This document shows, piece after piece, positions 12,820 through 26,276 of a stretch of 64,000 nucleotides of DNA (positions within the stretch are counted from its first letter, which is position 1; the number at the start of each line of letters is the position of its first letter). The position numbers were made by a program, and so were the translations under genes. Origin of the DNA: the human T2T-CHM13v2.0 reference genome, Homo sapiens; the NCBI RefSeq assembly GCF_009914755.1, contig NC_060926.1; one strand, written 5' to 3'. A model generated the notes under the pieces. That model made no database searches and had not been told where the DNA came from. It saw only the letters and a program-made list of their open reading frames with translations.

Positions 12820-12997
12820 GGGAAGCCACACATGCATTAAGCACTTGACATAGGACTAGTCTGAACTGAGTTGTGCTGTCATTATTGATACACACTGGAT
12901 TTTGAGGAGACAAAAAAGAATGCAAAATAGTTTAATTGTTTTCATATGGGTTACATGTTGAAATGGTGTTTTAAATATATAGGTTAAATAAAATATA
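12820..12997. mobile_element. MER33-like DNA transposon, left part (right part ~13886-14002)
   Basis: Resembles the recalled MER33 consensus (ctagtctgaactgag...ttacatgttgaaatg...ggttaaataaaatata) and resumes at 13886 with ttaaataaaatgta...ggctactagaaaa. Confidence 0.55.
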
Positions 12998-12999
12998 AA

Positions 13000-13720
13000 C
13001 TTGTATTGCAGTTAAACACAAAGCGTAAAATTTACCATCTGAACCATTTATTTCTAAGTGTACTGTTCAGTAGTGTTAAGTGCACTTATTTTGTTGTGCG
13101 GCCAATCTCCAGAACTTCTTCACCTTGCAAAACAGAAATTCTGTACTCATTAAACAACTCCCCATTTCCCCCTCCCCCCAGCTTCTGACAACCACCATTC
13201 TATTTTCTGTCTATTAATTTGACAACTTCAGATACCTTATATAAGTGAAATTTATATAGTATTTGCTCTTCCATGACAGGCTTATTTCACTTAGCGTAAT
13301 GTCGTCAGGGTTCATTTATCTTGCAACATGTCAGAATTTCCTTCCTTTTTAAGGCTGAAGGTTGTTCCAGTGTGTGTATATCACATACTTCATTTATCCA
13401 TTCATCCATCAGGAGATACTTGGGTTGCTTCCACTTTTTGGCTATTGTGAGTAGTGCTGCTATGAACATGGGTATGCAAATATCTTTTGGGGGATTCTGC
13501 TTTGAATTTTTTTGGATATATACTTGGAAGTGGAATTGCTGGATCATATGGTAATTCTATTTTTAATTTTTTGGGGAACCATCATGCTGTTCTCCATAGA
13601 GGCTGTGCCATTTTACATTCCCACCAACAGGGCACAAGGGTTCCAGTTTCTCCACATACTTACCAACACTTTTTTTTTTTTTTTTTTAACAGTAGTCATC
13701 CTAGAGGATATAGGTGATCT
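13000..13720 (-). mobile_element. Old L1 (L1MB-like) 3' end fragment, antisense
   Basis: Minus-strand ORF 13305-13547 resembles the L1 ORF2 C-terminus ([20 protein letters not shown]...DEWI), with L1M 3'UTR-type sequence next to it. Confidence 0.85.
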
Positions 13721-13817
13721 TTCACTGTGCTTTGGATTTATATTTACTGGCTTAGATTTGTATGGCCACCACCATAGTCAAGATACAGAACAACTCAACC
13801 ACAAGGATTTCTCATGA
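13693..13817 (+). CDS. BCL2L11: BIM exon 3, alternative terminal exon (Bim-gamma; [41 protein letters not shown]), lacking the canonical BH3
   Basis: Poly-T acceptor aacag|TA at 13692/13693 in phase 1, stop TGA 13815-13817, and ATTAAA/AATAAA at 13885-13894. Confidence 0.92.
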
Positions 13818-15084
13818 TACCTTTTTATAGCCACAGCCACCTCTCTCCCTCTTCCTTGAGCATTTTGTCATATGGTCATTGGTGATTAAATAAAATGTAT
13901 TTTAATATTGACTTTCTCTGTTTCTTTCTACCTTTTTAAACATGGCTACTAGAAAAATGCACAATTAGATTTGTGGCTGGTGTTCTGTTTCATCTAAACA
14001 GGCTGGCCTCACAGAGGAGCTGGAGTGTGCAGTGCTGCTCTAGCAAGCCAGGCTTGACTCTTCCCACTCAGGGCACATCACTTCCATGAAGCTTACTCCT
14101 TGGGTTGTTTGGTTGACTTAGGAGAATGGAAGTGATTAGCAGAATCTTGTAAGCATTTTAAACATTAAATGAGCATTGTAAACAGCGGCATTCTTCAGGC
14201 AAATACAGTTTTGTTTTACCTCTTTAAATTCCATGGTATATTCGGACTTCAAAAAGTAGATGGTAGAGCACATGCTTTCTCAGCACCTTCAGGCTGCCTG
14301 GAGCCTCCCAATAGAGGTGTCTTCGAGGGAGTCCCAGCTCTGTCTCTGAAACCCCAAAGTTACTTGTTTGACACCAAGAGAAATAAGGAAACTTTTTAGG
14401 TCCTAAGTGGGGAGAGAAAGTGCTAGAAGAGAAAGATATTTTTCTTTACTAGTTCCAAACACATTTATTAATTGTTAGTTACCCAATTTTAAATTTACAT
14501 CTTAAAAAAATTTTTTTTCAGATAATTACAGATTCACATGCATTTATAGGAAATAATACAAAGAAATTGTATATGCCATTCACCCAGTTTCCTACGATGG
14601 TAACATCTTGCCTAATTATAGTATACTGTCACAACCAGCAGTTGACATTAACAGAATCCATCTACTGTATTGAGATTTCATCAGTTTCACATGCAGTCCA
14701 TTTCATGTGTCTGTGAGTGTTTACTTCTATTCAGGTTTATCAAATGTGTAGATTTGTATGGCCGCCACCACAGTCAAGATGCAGAACAACTCCACCACAA
14801 GGATTTCTCATGGTACCTTTTTATAGCCACAGCCACCTTTCTGTCTCTTCCTTACCCATGATAACCACTCATCTGATCTACATATCTGTACTTTTGTCAT
14901 TTCAAGGATGCTGTATAAGTGTAATCATACTGTATGTGACCTTTTGAGATTGGCTTTTTTCACTTAGCATAATTCCCTTGAAATTAATCGGAGATGTTGT
15001 GTAACAATAGTGCCTTGTTTTTTTATTGCTGAATAGTATTCCATAGATGATGCACCACAGTTTGCTTAGCTATTCACCTGTTGA

Positions 15085-15476
<392 letters not shown>

Positions 15477-16754
15477 TAGCATCTATGTGTTCACTTGTAG
15501 TATATAGAAATACAATTGATTTTTGTGTGTTGGTCTTCTGTTGTGCAGTTTGCTGAACTCCTTAATTCTAAGAGTTTTTCATAGATTTCCTGGGAGGTCT
15601 ATATAGTTATGTGATCTGCAAATAGGGACAGTTTTATGTCTTCTTTCTGATCTGTGTACATTTCTTTTTCTTGCCCAGTTGCACCAGCTAGAATTTCTAG
15701 TGTTTATGTTGACTAGGAGTGGTGAGAGCAAACATCCATACCTAGTCCCCAATCTTAGGGGGAAAGCTTTCTGTTTTTAATCATTAAATATGATGCTAAG
15801 TGTAGGTTTTATATGGGTCGTCTTTAAAAGAATGAGGAAGTTTTAACCTGTATTCCCAGAATGCTGAGAGTTTTTGTCGTAAATGGATGGATGTTAGATT
15901 TTATAAAATGTTTCTGTACCAGTTGATATGATCCCATGATGTTAATTTATATTAACCTGTTGATATGGTACGTTCCATTGATTTGCAATGTTAAGTCTCT
16001 CTTGGATGTCTGAGACAAATCCTGCGTGGGTAGGGTCTGTAATTCTTTTTGTGCACTGCTGGATTGAATTTGTCGATATTTTGTTGAGAGTATTTGCGCC
16101 TAAGTTCTTGAGAGGGGTCTGTCGTCTTCTTTTAAGACTGGTTTTTATATCAGAACCTTAATTAGGAAGGGTTCCCTCTTTTATTTTCAGGACGATATTG
16201 TGTAAAATTGGTATTGATTCTTTTCTCAATGTAGAATTCTGTAGTGAAACCATCTAGGCCAGGAGATTTTTTTTTTGGCGGGGGATGGGGGCGGGGGTGG
16301 GGGGGATGGGGGGCGGGCGGGCATTTAGATTATAGATTTTTTTTTTCTTAGTTTTTGTAGGATTGTTCAGGTTGTCTGTTTCTTCCCAGTTGAGTTTTGA
16401 TAGTTTGTAGCTTTTGAAGAATTGGTCCCTTTCTTCTAAGTTGTTGAATTTATGAATGTGAAAAGTATTTGTAGCATTCCAATATTTTTAATGGATGCAG
16501 GATCTGTTGTGATAACCCCTGCTTCATTTCTAATACTGGTAATTTGTGTCTTTTTTATCTCTGTCAGTCTTTCCAAAAGTTTATCAGTTTTGATTTTTTT
16601 AATCAGCTTTTTGTTCCACTGATTTTTCTCTACTTTCCTATTATTAAATTTATTGTTTATTATTTCCTTTTGCTTGCTTTGTGCTAGGTTCTTTTCCTAG
16701 TTTCTTGAGACAGACACTTGGAATAATGTTTTGAGACCTTTCCTCTCTTTTCTT

Positions 16755-18395
16755 CTTATTGTTTTCTCAGAAAGAAACATTTAATAGGTATTTACAAACA
16801 GAAACCCTATCTCGGGCAGCCTCAAGATGAGATGGTAGATCCGTGCATGGTTACACTCCAGACCCAGGGCTTATGAGCCATAGGGAAAGTGTATATATGC
16901 TTCAGAAGGGATGTATAGGACAGTTGGCTTAAGTTCAGGATTTATGGAAAGATAATATCAAACTAAGGACAGGATTGATGGTAAGTACATGCTCATACCC
17001 AAGGAACAGTAGATAAAATAGAAATCTTGGAGGCATTCGCAAAACCAGGGTTAATCAGAAGTTAACACAGCAGATTAGCATACAAGATGGAGTTGTTTGG
17101 CCTCCACACTCCAGCTCCCAATCTGGCTCTTACAGTCTCATGTGCCTTGCTCTTCTGCCATGGTCCCTGAACCTTCAGTGGGTGTGCTTCATTTTGTATA
17201 GCTTTACCAGTAGTGCCTTGGCAATGGAAAATAAATCGGGCACAGTGGAATTCCAAATGAGGGAGATTCTCAGGCTTTGTTGAATCATTTGTAGTCCTCA
17301 GAATACCATGATTCTGGTTTTCTGGGAAGAAGTAAAACGAGATAAATACTGTTAATATGCACACAAAGATTATAATGAAAAAGAACATGAAGAAAATTAG
17401 AACTCGGTTCTTCTTTAGAGACTTGTAGCTAGGAAGTAATTCAGGATGCAGTTTGAGTTGTAGGCAAATAATAAAAACTCAAAAATAATGGTTAGGGCTA
17501 GAATCTGTTAACAGGTATTGTAGTTTTCTTTGGAGCACATTTTTTTCTCCAGTTTCCCCATTCCTACCAAGGACCAATTTATTTGCAAAATACATTTTAG
17601 TCTCATTATACTTAGCCTGATTATTTGCATAAAGTGCAACAAGAATAGTGATTGGCCATATAGGCTCTTTTTAAGTTGGCTTTGCTGGAATTTTTTCATA
17701 AGGAATCTCAGATTAGACTTTTAGAAGCCTCCAGGCTTGAAAGCCAAGCTGAAAATTTGCCAGCAAACATTGCCTGTAATACCTACAGATCGGGTGAATT
17801 CCATTCTCCTCGAGGTCCCAAAGTATCTTGAGGTTCCTGGGCCTGTCGGAAAATGACATTCTTTGCTTATCGAAGATCAGGAACCTTGTAAGGGAACTGT
17901 GTAGACAAGGTACCAGGCCTGTCTTTTTTCAAGGGGCTTTTTATTCTTTAAAGCAGTCTGGTCATATCTGAAAATACGCTATTCAGTCAAAGCCTTGGTA
18001 AAATAACCCATGTCTCCAATTGCATATAGAACATACTCTATACAATTTCAGTTCTTTTAAATGTGTCAAGGTTTGTTTTGTAGCTCAGGATATGGTCTAT
18101 TTTGGTGACTGAACAAAAGAAAACAGATTCTTAACTGAACTTATGCAAATAACTATATTGCCATAAAATAAGAATACTCATGAGTAGTTTCCAAATTTTG
18201 GAGAACTCAGAAAGGTAAATTTTGCTCATGAAAGTATACTTTACTCAATCATAAGCTATAAATAACTCAAAAGCAAAAGGATTTTCTTCAATTAGAATGG
18301 CAGCCTGCCAAACAGCGTGCTGTGCATTCACCTTGGAACTGCCATCCACAAACCAAGCAGCCATGTCTCAGGAGCAGAGATGGTGGAGTCTTACC
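16755..18395 (-). mobile_element. MER4-group ERV1 LTR plus internal remnant nested in the L1
   Basis: Abrupt composition change splits the L1. Motifs resemble MER4-group internal sequence (cttgaggttcctgggcctgtc; cagtcaaagccttggtaaaataacc). Family not certain. Confidence 0.5.
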
Positions 18396-18399
18396 CCCT

Positions 18400-21300
18400 T
18401 TCGCTTTTCTAATGTACGCATTTATTCAGCGCTAGAAATTTCCTTTCCACCACTGCTTAGCTGCATCCCACGTGTTTTGGTATGTTGTGTTTTCATTTTC
18501 ATTGAGTTCTGTCTATATATTTTTAAATTTCCTTTGAGACCTCCTCTTTGACCCTAGGTTATTTAGAAGTGTGTTTTATTTCCAAAAATACCTAAGTGTG
18601 TTTTCTGTTACTGTTTTCTTTCTGATTCTGTTATGGTCAGAGAGCATATTTTATTCTATTTCGGTTTACAAATGTGTCGAGAATTTGTTCTGTAGCTCAG
18701 GATATGGTCTCTTTTGGTGACTGATCTATGCTGCTTGGGTACTTGAAAACATCTGTATTCTGCTGCTATTGGGTAGAGTGTTCGTTATATATACATCTTT
18801 CAGATCTTACTGGTTGATTGTGTTGTTCAGTTCTTCTCTGTCCTTGCTGATTTTACTGTCTTGTTCTGTCAGTTGCTGAGAATGTGGTGCTGAAATCCCC
18901 AGCTGTTTCCTTTCAGCTCTATTAGAGTTTGCTTCATGTCTTTTGAGGTGCTGCTGTTTGGAGTTTACACATTTAAAATGTCTTCAGGTTGGATCCAATC
19001 TTCTATCATTGCTGTAAAATGTACTTTATCTGGTATTAATAGCACTTCTGCTTTTTTAACATTAATGTATTAATGTTAACATAGTATTATCTTTTTCCAT
19101 CCTTTCACTTTCCATCTGCATATGTTGTATTTGAGATAAGTTTTTTATATATGGCATGTCTTTAGATAAACCTGTTTTATCTAGTCTGCCCAATCTGTCT
19201 CTTAAATGGTCTAGACCATTTACATTTAAGATAATATATGTAAGTCTAAATGCCTTTTTGTTATTTGTTTTTTGTTTCCTCTGTTCCTTGTTTCTTTTTT
19301 TGTTTTTTAACCTTACTGTGGGTTATACGAACATTTTCTAGGATTTCGTTTTGATATGTTTATGGTGTTTTAAAATATATTGCTCTGTATCATTTTCTTA
19401 GTGGTTGTTCCAGGTATTACAGTATGTGTGTGAAATATATATTCTAAGTCTACTGGTATCAATGGTCACAGCATTTTATGATGGGAGCTGAAGAGTAGAA
19501 ACCTTACTTTTCTTTAGGCTCCGTTAGCCCCATTTTTCCAATATAATTGTCTGAAGTATTTCCTCCATGTACATTGAGCACTGAATGAGTTGGTATTGTT
19601 ATTTTTGCTTCAACCATCAAATATGATTTAAGAAAGTACTGTTAGTCTACCAATAGTCGCTTCCATTTTTCCCCTTCCAATGTTCTTTCCTTTCTGAAGT
19701 TCTAAGCTTTCTTCTTTTGTCATTTCCTTTCTGTTTAGAGAACTTCCTTAGTTCTTTAATGATAGGTCTGTTAGTAACAACTCCTCTGAGTTCTCCTTCT
19801 GGGAATGTCTTTATTTCCCCTTCAGTCCAGAAGGATATCTTCACGGAAGATAGAATTCGCAGTTGATGTATCTCTTTCAGTACTTGGAAAACATGCCACT
19901 TTCTTAGGGCCTCTATGGTTTTAGATGAGAAATCCCTTGTCATCTGAATTGGTGTTCTCAACTAAGTTATGTGTCATTCCTATGTGGCTGCTTTCAAGAT
20001 TGTCTTTTAGTATTAAGAAGTTTAATTGTGATGTGTCTTGTCATGGGTTCTTTGGGTTTATCCTTTTTGGGGTGCACTCAGCATCTTGAATCTGGAGTTT
20101 CACGTTTTATGCCAGGTTTGGGAAGTTTTCAGCCATTATGTCTTTAAATACTTTTCCAGTCCCTTCCTCTCTTTTGGAACTCTGATGATAAGAATGTTAG
20201 TGCTTTTGTTAGTCCTGTAAGTTCCTGAGACTGTTCATTTTTTTCCAGTAGATTTTCTCTCTCTTCAGATTGAGTAAATTCTATTGATTTTGCCTCATAT
20301 TCACTGATTGTTTTTAAAATTATGTTTAATTATATTTTTCAATTCTAAGATTTCTGCCTGTTTCTACTAGGTAAGTTGGAAGTTCAGATTTCTCCTTGGC
20401 TTTGCTGGTACTTTCCAAACAAAAGAGGGGCCCCAGTGCACACTGCTTTATTGTGTCCAGTTGTTGGGGGAGATGTGTAAGCTTGGCTCCCTCAGCCACT
20501 GCTGACACCAGGAAGCAGGGAGACCATAGAGGGCTGCCTCATACCTTGTTTCTGCAGAGTAGAGGTCAGAACTCAGCTTCCCTCTGAGGGAAGCTGACCC
20601 CACCAGGGGTGGGGGGGTCAGGTACAACATGCCAACCAGGCCCACTTTCTACTACCTGATTCTCCCTCTTTGATGCTAGATGGGAGAGTTCTCTTTTGTT
20701 CTCTTTAATTAGCCAGATGGGGCGAAGACTCAGTACCCACTGGGTGCCCAGACACCCAAGGCTGGGGCTGGGAGAGCCGATGGGCCCATGAACCCTGTTT
20801 TGCACTGTCTGGTTCAGTGGGTGTGTGTAATGTCATGTCAACTAACTAACCCCACCTTGTACCCACCCGTTGCTGTTTAGTAGAGGTGGAGGCTTAGCTC
20901 ACTGCTCACTGCTCAGCCCCACTAATGTAACCCTGGGAGGGGATGTTAGATAACTGCCCTACTAACACTGCTTTGGCAGGGCAGCCGGATCACCTCTGCC
21001 TGCTTCTGCCAGGGAGGGTCTGGGAGATCGGCCTGCTGACACCATCTGGTGGTGGAATCAGAGCACCTCCTGCTTCCCCTGGGCTGGGGATGGGCTGGAA
21101 GATCAACTCCCCACTCTGGCCACGCGGTGCTGTGGGGCTGCTGCCAGGGGCGTTGTGGTTTTCCCGTTGCTGTTTGGCTAGAGTAGGGCAGGAGTCATGG
21201 AGTGGTTTTCTGTTGTTAGGTCACCCTCTTTTCAGTCCCTTGGCGATGGAGAACAGGCCTCCCATGGAGCTGTTATCTACGCCTCTTGGAAAGGCCCAGT

Positions 21301-21540
21301 TGGAGGTTTCTTCTGCAGCATGCTGTCCAGGATACATGGGAGTGAGGAAAACGGCATACTCCCTGTCCGTCATCCCTCAAGTCCTGAGGTCCCCAGCAGC
21401 CTGTCCTATTTCCCGCTTCAGTTTTCCTGGGCCTGCTTGCTGTGTTCTCTCTAGGGTTGTCTGAGGTTCTGTCTCGGGTTTTCAGTTGGGAGAGGAAGGA
21501 CCTGGGGAGATGGCTCCTCCACCTTAGTGGAACTAGAGAT
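18400..21540 (-). mobile_element. Ancient L1M 5' portion: ORF2/ORF1 remnants and probable GC-richer 5'UTR
   Basis: ORF 19647-19961(-) IQMTRDFSSKTIEALRKWHVFQVLKE...EGEIKTF...VTNRPIIKEL is recognisable as the L1 ORF1p C-terminal domain. Confidence 0.75.
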
Positions 21541-21574
21541 CTGCAGCTTCCTTTAGGTGTTTATGGTGGCTATT

Positions 21575-21885
21575 TGTCTTAGTCCCTTTGAGCTGCTCTA
21601 ATGGAATACCTGAGACTGGGTGGCTTACAAACAACAGAAGTTTATTTCTCACAATTCTGGAGGGTGATAAGTACAAGACAAAAGCAGGTTTGGTGTGCGG
21701 TGAGGGCCACTTAGACGGCACCTTCGAGCTGTGTCCTCGAGTGATAGAAAATGTGAGGGTTTCTCTGGGGTCTCTTTTGTGAGAGCACTAATCCCATTCC
21801 AATGGCCCCACCTCCTAACACCCATCACTTTCAAGGTCAGGTTTCAGCGAGAGTTTTGGGGGCATGTAACGTTTATACCATAGCA
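21575..21885. mobile_element. MaLR solo LTR (MLT1A-like)
   Basis: tgtcttagtcc...gagactgggtggcttacaaacaacagaagtttatttctcacaattctggagg...ccatagca. Confidence 0.8.
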
Positions 21886-23052
21886 GTATCAGTTGGCTCT
21901 GGCTGCAAAGACTACTCTGAATTGTAGAAGTTACTTCTTCACTCCTTTTTACTCTCCATGTGGAATAACAGACTTACAATGATGGAAAGAGATTTAGCTG
22001 TGATCCAGGCCACCTTTTTCAGATGATAACCGTAATATCTATTGCTGTAACTCCACTGTGTGTGACTCTCATGGTGTGACCATAGGGCGTGCTCTGTGCT
22101 GCTTTCGAACATCACTCCTGAAAATGGCTGGGTAACCCAATTCCGATTTTATATGCCTTAGGGGGGACTTCTTACTAAAGATTCAGACTTGTTTTATATT
22201 TAGAGTACTTGTAGTAGGTTTAGAGATACACACCTAATTGCCAGTTGAATGCTGTACATTCTGATGCCTTGCTGCTTCACTTACTTTAAAACCATTAAAT
22301 CTGATCATTGGCCCAGTCTCCACACACCTCATGTCTGTGGTCATCCTGCCTGTCACAGGACTCGCTATGAACCACCACCTCTCCCTGCCCATCTCCACCT
22401 CCCGCACCAGAATTAAGTTGTCTCCATTCCTTCTTTGTTAGACCAGCCTCAGTCTCTTGGTGTATTCCTCATGTGGTGACATTTCTAGCCTAATCCACTT
22501 CTGGTCCCTGCTCGGTCAATGGCTGAGACTTGTGCTGGGGCATCTGACCTCAGACTGCTTTCCTTCTCTGCAAGTCTCATCACACCTGTCCTTGGAGACC
22601 TCACAGGCTTGGTCCTGTGCTGACTGTAAGCTCTGTGCCACCCACATCTCAGACCCTGCACTGCAGGCATAGAGCAGAAGATGTAACATTCCTCCCCACT
22701 TTTTTTTTTTTTTTTTTTTCAGGAAATGCTAGCAGAAACATATATGCAAGGGGGTTCATCACAGCATTGTTTATACAGCCAAACGACTGTCCTTGGTCCT
22801 CTAATGGGAGGGGAGAATCTACATTATTCTGCCCTTTTTTTGGCAGACTGGTGCTGTCTTCATGGTGTTAAAAAGAATAATGGCATAGGGGAAATGCCTG
22901 TTGGCCTGATGTTAAGTTTTAAAAAGCTGCAAGATTATTTATGATAGTCTAGTTTAATATTAAAGAAGTTCATTGGCATATCAAAAATATAAGAATACAT
23001 TAAACTGTCAGTAGTGGGTATTGTTGTATTTTCGTTACAGGTGGGCTTTTCT

Positions 23053-23375
<323 letters not shown>

Positions 23376-26276
23376 ACAGGTGGTCTTTTCTGTGTGCCTT
23401 TGTGTATGTACACAATTGTCATAACTAGTATTATGTTTATAATCAGAACAGATTTAATAGATAATACTTACTAAAACTTTTGCTCTTTATAATTTTAATC
23501 TTTGTTTTTGGCATTCCCAGCAGCCTGTCACTGGGCATGCATACCTTGTTTGTGTGATTCAGTGTTAACCGTTGTGTCTTTTGCATTGTTGAAGATTTTG
23601 TCCAGGCTGATCAAGCTTTGGTCCCATCAGGACCATCACCGAAAGTACTCGGGGTGAACATTAGCCCCCTAATTTACTCTTTTGGGGTCTGCCTTTTTAT
23701 TTTTTGCAAAGTGAGTAATCTCTCAGGGAACATCTCCATCGGACAGGATCATGGATGGATTTGGTGTTGGCAGGTTGCTCTTGGTAGCTGTCTCCCCCAC
23801 AGGCTGCTCTTGGGTCTGGAGCAGGTTTTGGGTCGGGTCCTGCCTGCCCTCCATGGAACCTGGGCGGAGCAGTGAGTCTGTCTGAGCTTCAGCTTCCTCA
23901 GCCATCAAGTGAGGACATAGTGCTCACCTCTGAGGGTCATGGGGAGTTTTTCCATAAGCAAATCGACAGAAAGCCCCTGGTAGAAACTCGCACAGGAATC
24001 TTTCCTTGCCCCTCAATGAGCCCTCAGCCCTGGCAGGTTAGTGAGCATGACTGTAATGAAGTGCTCTCTACTGCTTTCCGTGGAAAGGAGCTGTCGTTCC
24101 AGGAGTATAGGAAACTCCTAGGGAAGTGAATTCATCTGGAAATGCTACTATAATTCTAATCCCCTGGGTCCCAGAACAAACAAGCAAGCAAAAAAGAACA
24201 TCTTTTCTAGAAAGTGGCCTGGAGGGGGGCGTGGGAAGAGGAGGTCTGAATCACCCCTAACCTGCCAGTGAACCAAACATCACCTGAGAAGAACCTCAGC
24301 TTCTTGGGTAAATCATGGAGAGACATCTGGAAACCTGCCCCACCCCAGCGCTGTCTGAATTGGGGGTGAGTTGGGGACACCTGCTGGAGACGGCCCATTT
24401 GATTTGGCAGAAACTTGACTATAATTCAAAATGTGTCTTGAGACATGAGACATAGACTCAAGTACTTTTTCTTGCAATCCAAACTTACGTACTTTTTCCC
24501 AAAATAAGGGATACATTGGTTGCTCGTGGATTTAACATTAGGAGTGTTCATTGTGTGAATGAAATCAAGACTTCTACAACTGCGTTTTCCTTCTTTTCCC
24601 TGAGGTAATTAAACTCCTTTAGTGAGAAGACAATTTAGACAGACTGTTGGCCATTGATAATCAAAATTTTGATATTTCTAAGTGAGTGAGTTATGGATCC
24701 TTCTTCTTGGTAACCTTTTTTCACACACTATGAGGTAGCGGAAGTAAACCGTCAGTATAAACAACATGTACCCGGTTTAACCCGTTTGTAAGAGGCCAGG
24801 CCTTCGTGGTTTTAAGTATTTGCTTAGAATGAATTTGTCTCCCCAGTGTCCTCTGGGAAACCAAAATGTGCTTTGTATTTTCTCTTCTCTGCCTTGGACC
24901 AGATCCACATGATTCGTGAGTAGAGTTGCCAAGACAGGTGTGGCAAGAAATAGCCCTGAGACAGGGCTGCTGGCACGCAGCTCTCCTCCTGTTCTGCCTT
25001 TCTGTGTGGACCACGAGGCAGCAGTGAGGGCTTCCCATGGAGCATGTCTCCCTTTCAGTCACACATCTTGCGCTCACAGTCACTGCCAGCCAGTTGACTG
25101 CAAGTGCTGTGTCTGTAAACCTTGCAGTGGGGACTTGACATTGCTTTCAGAGTGAGGAAACCGAACTTGGGGATTTGGACATGAGTCTGGGCTGTGCTTA
25201 GTGTTGGAGCCCCGGGTTGAACTTGGGTCTTTGGTACTGGCAGACTGCCCTCTGCACAGTACATAATGCTTGGTTTAGTTTGGACTTCCCTTTCTTAGGA
25301 GTGAGATGGTTTTGAAGCTAAAATTTAAAAAAAAAATCATTTCAAGCTGATAAGAGTGTGTGTGTTAAATGGAAACACGTTCAATATAAGGATTTCAGCT
25401 ATTTGAAATACCTTGGGGCCTTTTCCCCCCAAAATATATTGTATTCCTGGGTCATAACATGCTTCCCATTCCAGTTCCTAAAACATTTTACTATTAGCAG
25501 TTTATAGAAGACTTACGGAGTGGTTTGATACTTTTTTCAAAGAAGGCAGCTTAAGTGGATGGAATCTGATTTTCTCTTAGGCACGTGCATCTGCGAAGGT
25601 GTCTGAGGTGAGCCAAGCTCGATAACCTGATTTGTTGAGTGAGTTACTTTTCTGTGGGATGTGTGGTGGAGAAAAGACTAGAAGTGTATTTTCTTGTTGA
25701 TTTGTCTGTTATTTGGTCCCTTGAGAAAGGCATTAACCTGAAGTAGTCTATAGTGAATTCTGAATAGATACAATGTTAGTATATATGTGAGTTTACACCT
25801 CATTTTTGCTGATACTTGATCATAAATTCTACTAAATTAGTCAAAACAACAACTTAAGAAAAAGTTTGATACATAGCAGGAGTGCAATATTTGTTGATTT
25901 AAAGAGACTCTCATTAGCGTTTAATGCAATATACGAGTGCCACCAGTTCCTTCTCTTTTCACTTGGATTTCACCAGGGTGCTCATTTGAAGCTTAGAACT
26001 CTGTCCTCGGCAAAGAAAGCCTGGCATACACTGTACAAGGTGTTGACTCATCTTTGTGTTCCTCTGCTCCTCTAGTGTGAGGTGTGGAGTAGGAGGTTCC
26101 AGCAGGTGACCCAGCCCAGCCTTGGTCCTCCCATAGGCCTATTAACAACCCTGGGGCAAATGCCTTAGCCTGCCTGGAAATCTCAGTGTTAGGGCCATGG
26201 CCCTTCCGCAGTGGTCATAGCAGTGTAGGGAGTTGGTGCCTATGGGGAACTGGCCTACATTGAGTTAGAACAATCC

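Noticed and set aside
19647-19961. L1 ORF1-like ORF as a domesticated gene
   Set aside because: Short fragment without a true start, embedded in degenerate L1.
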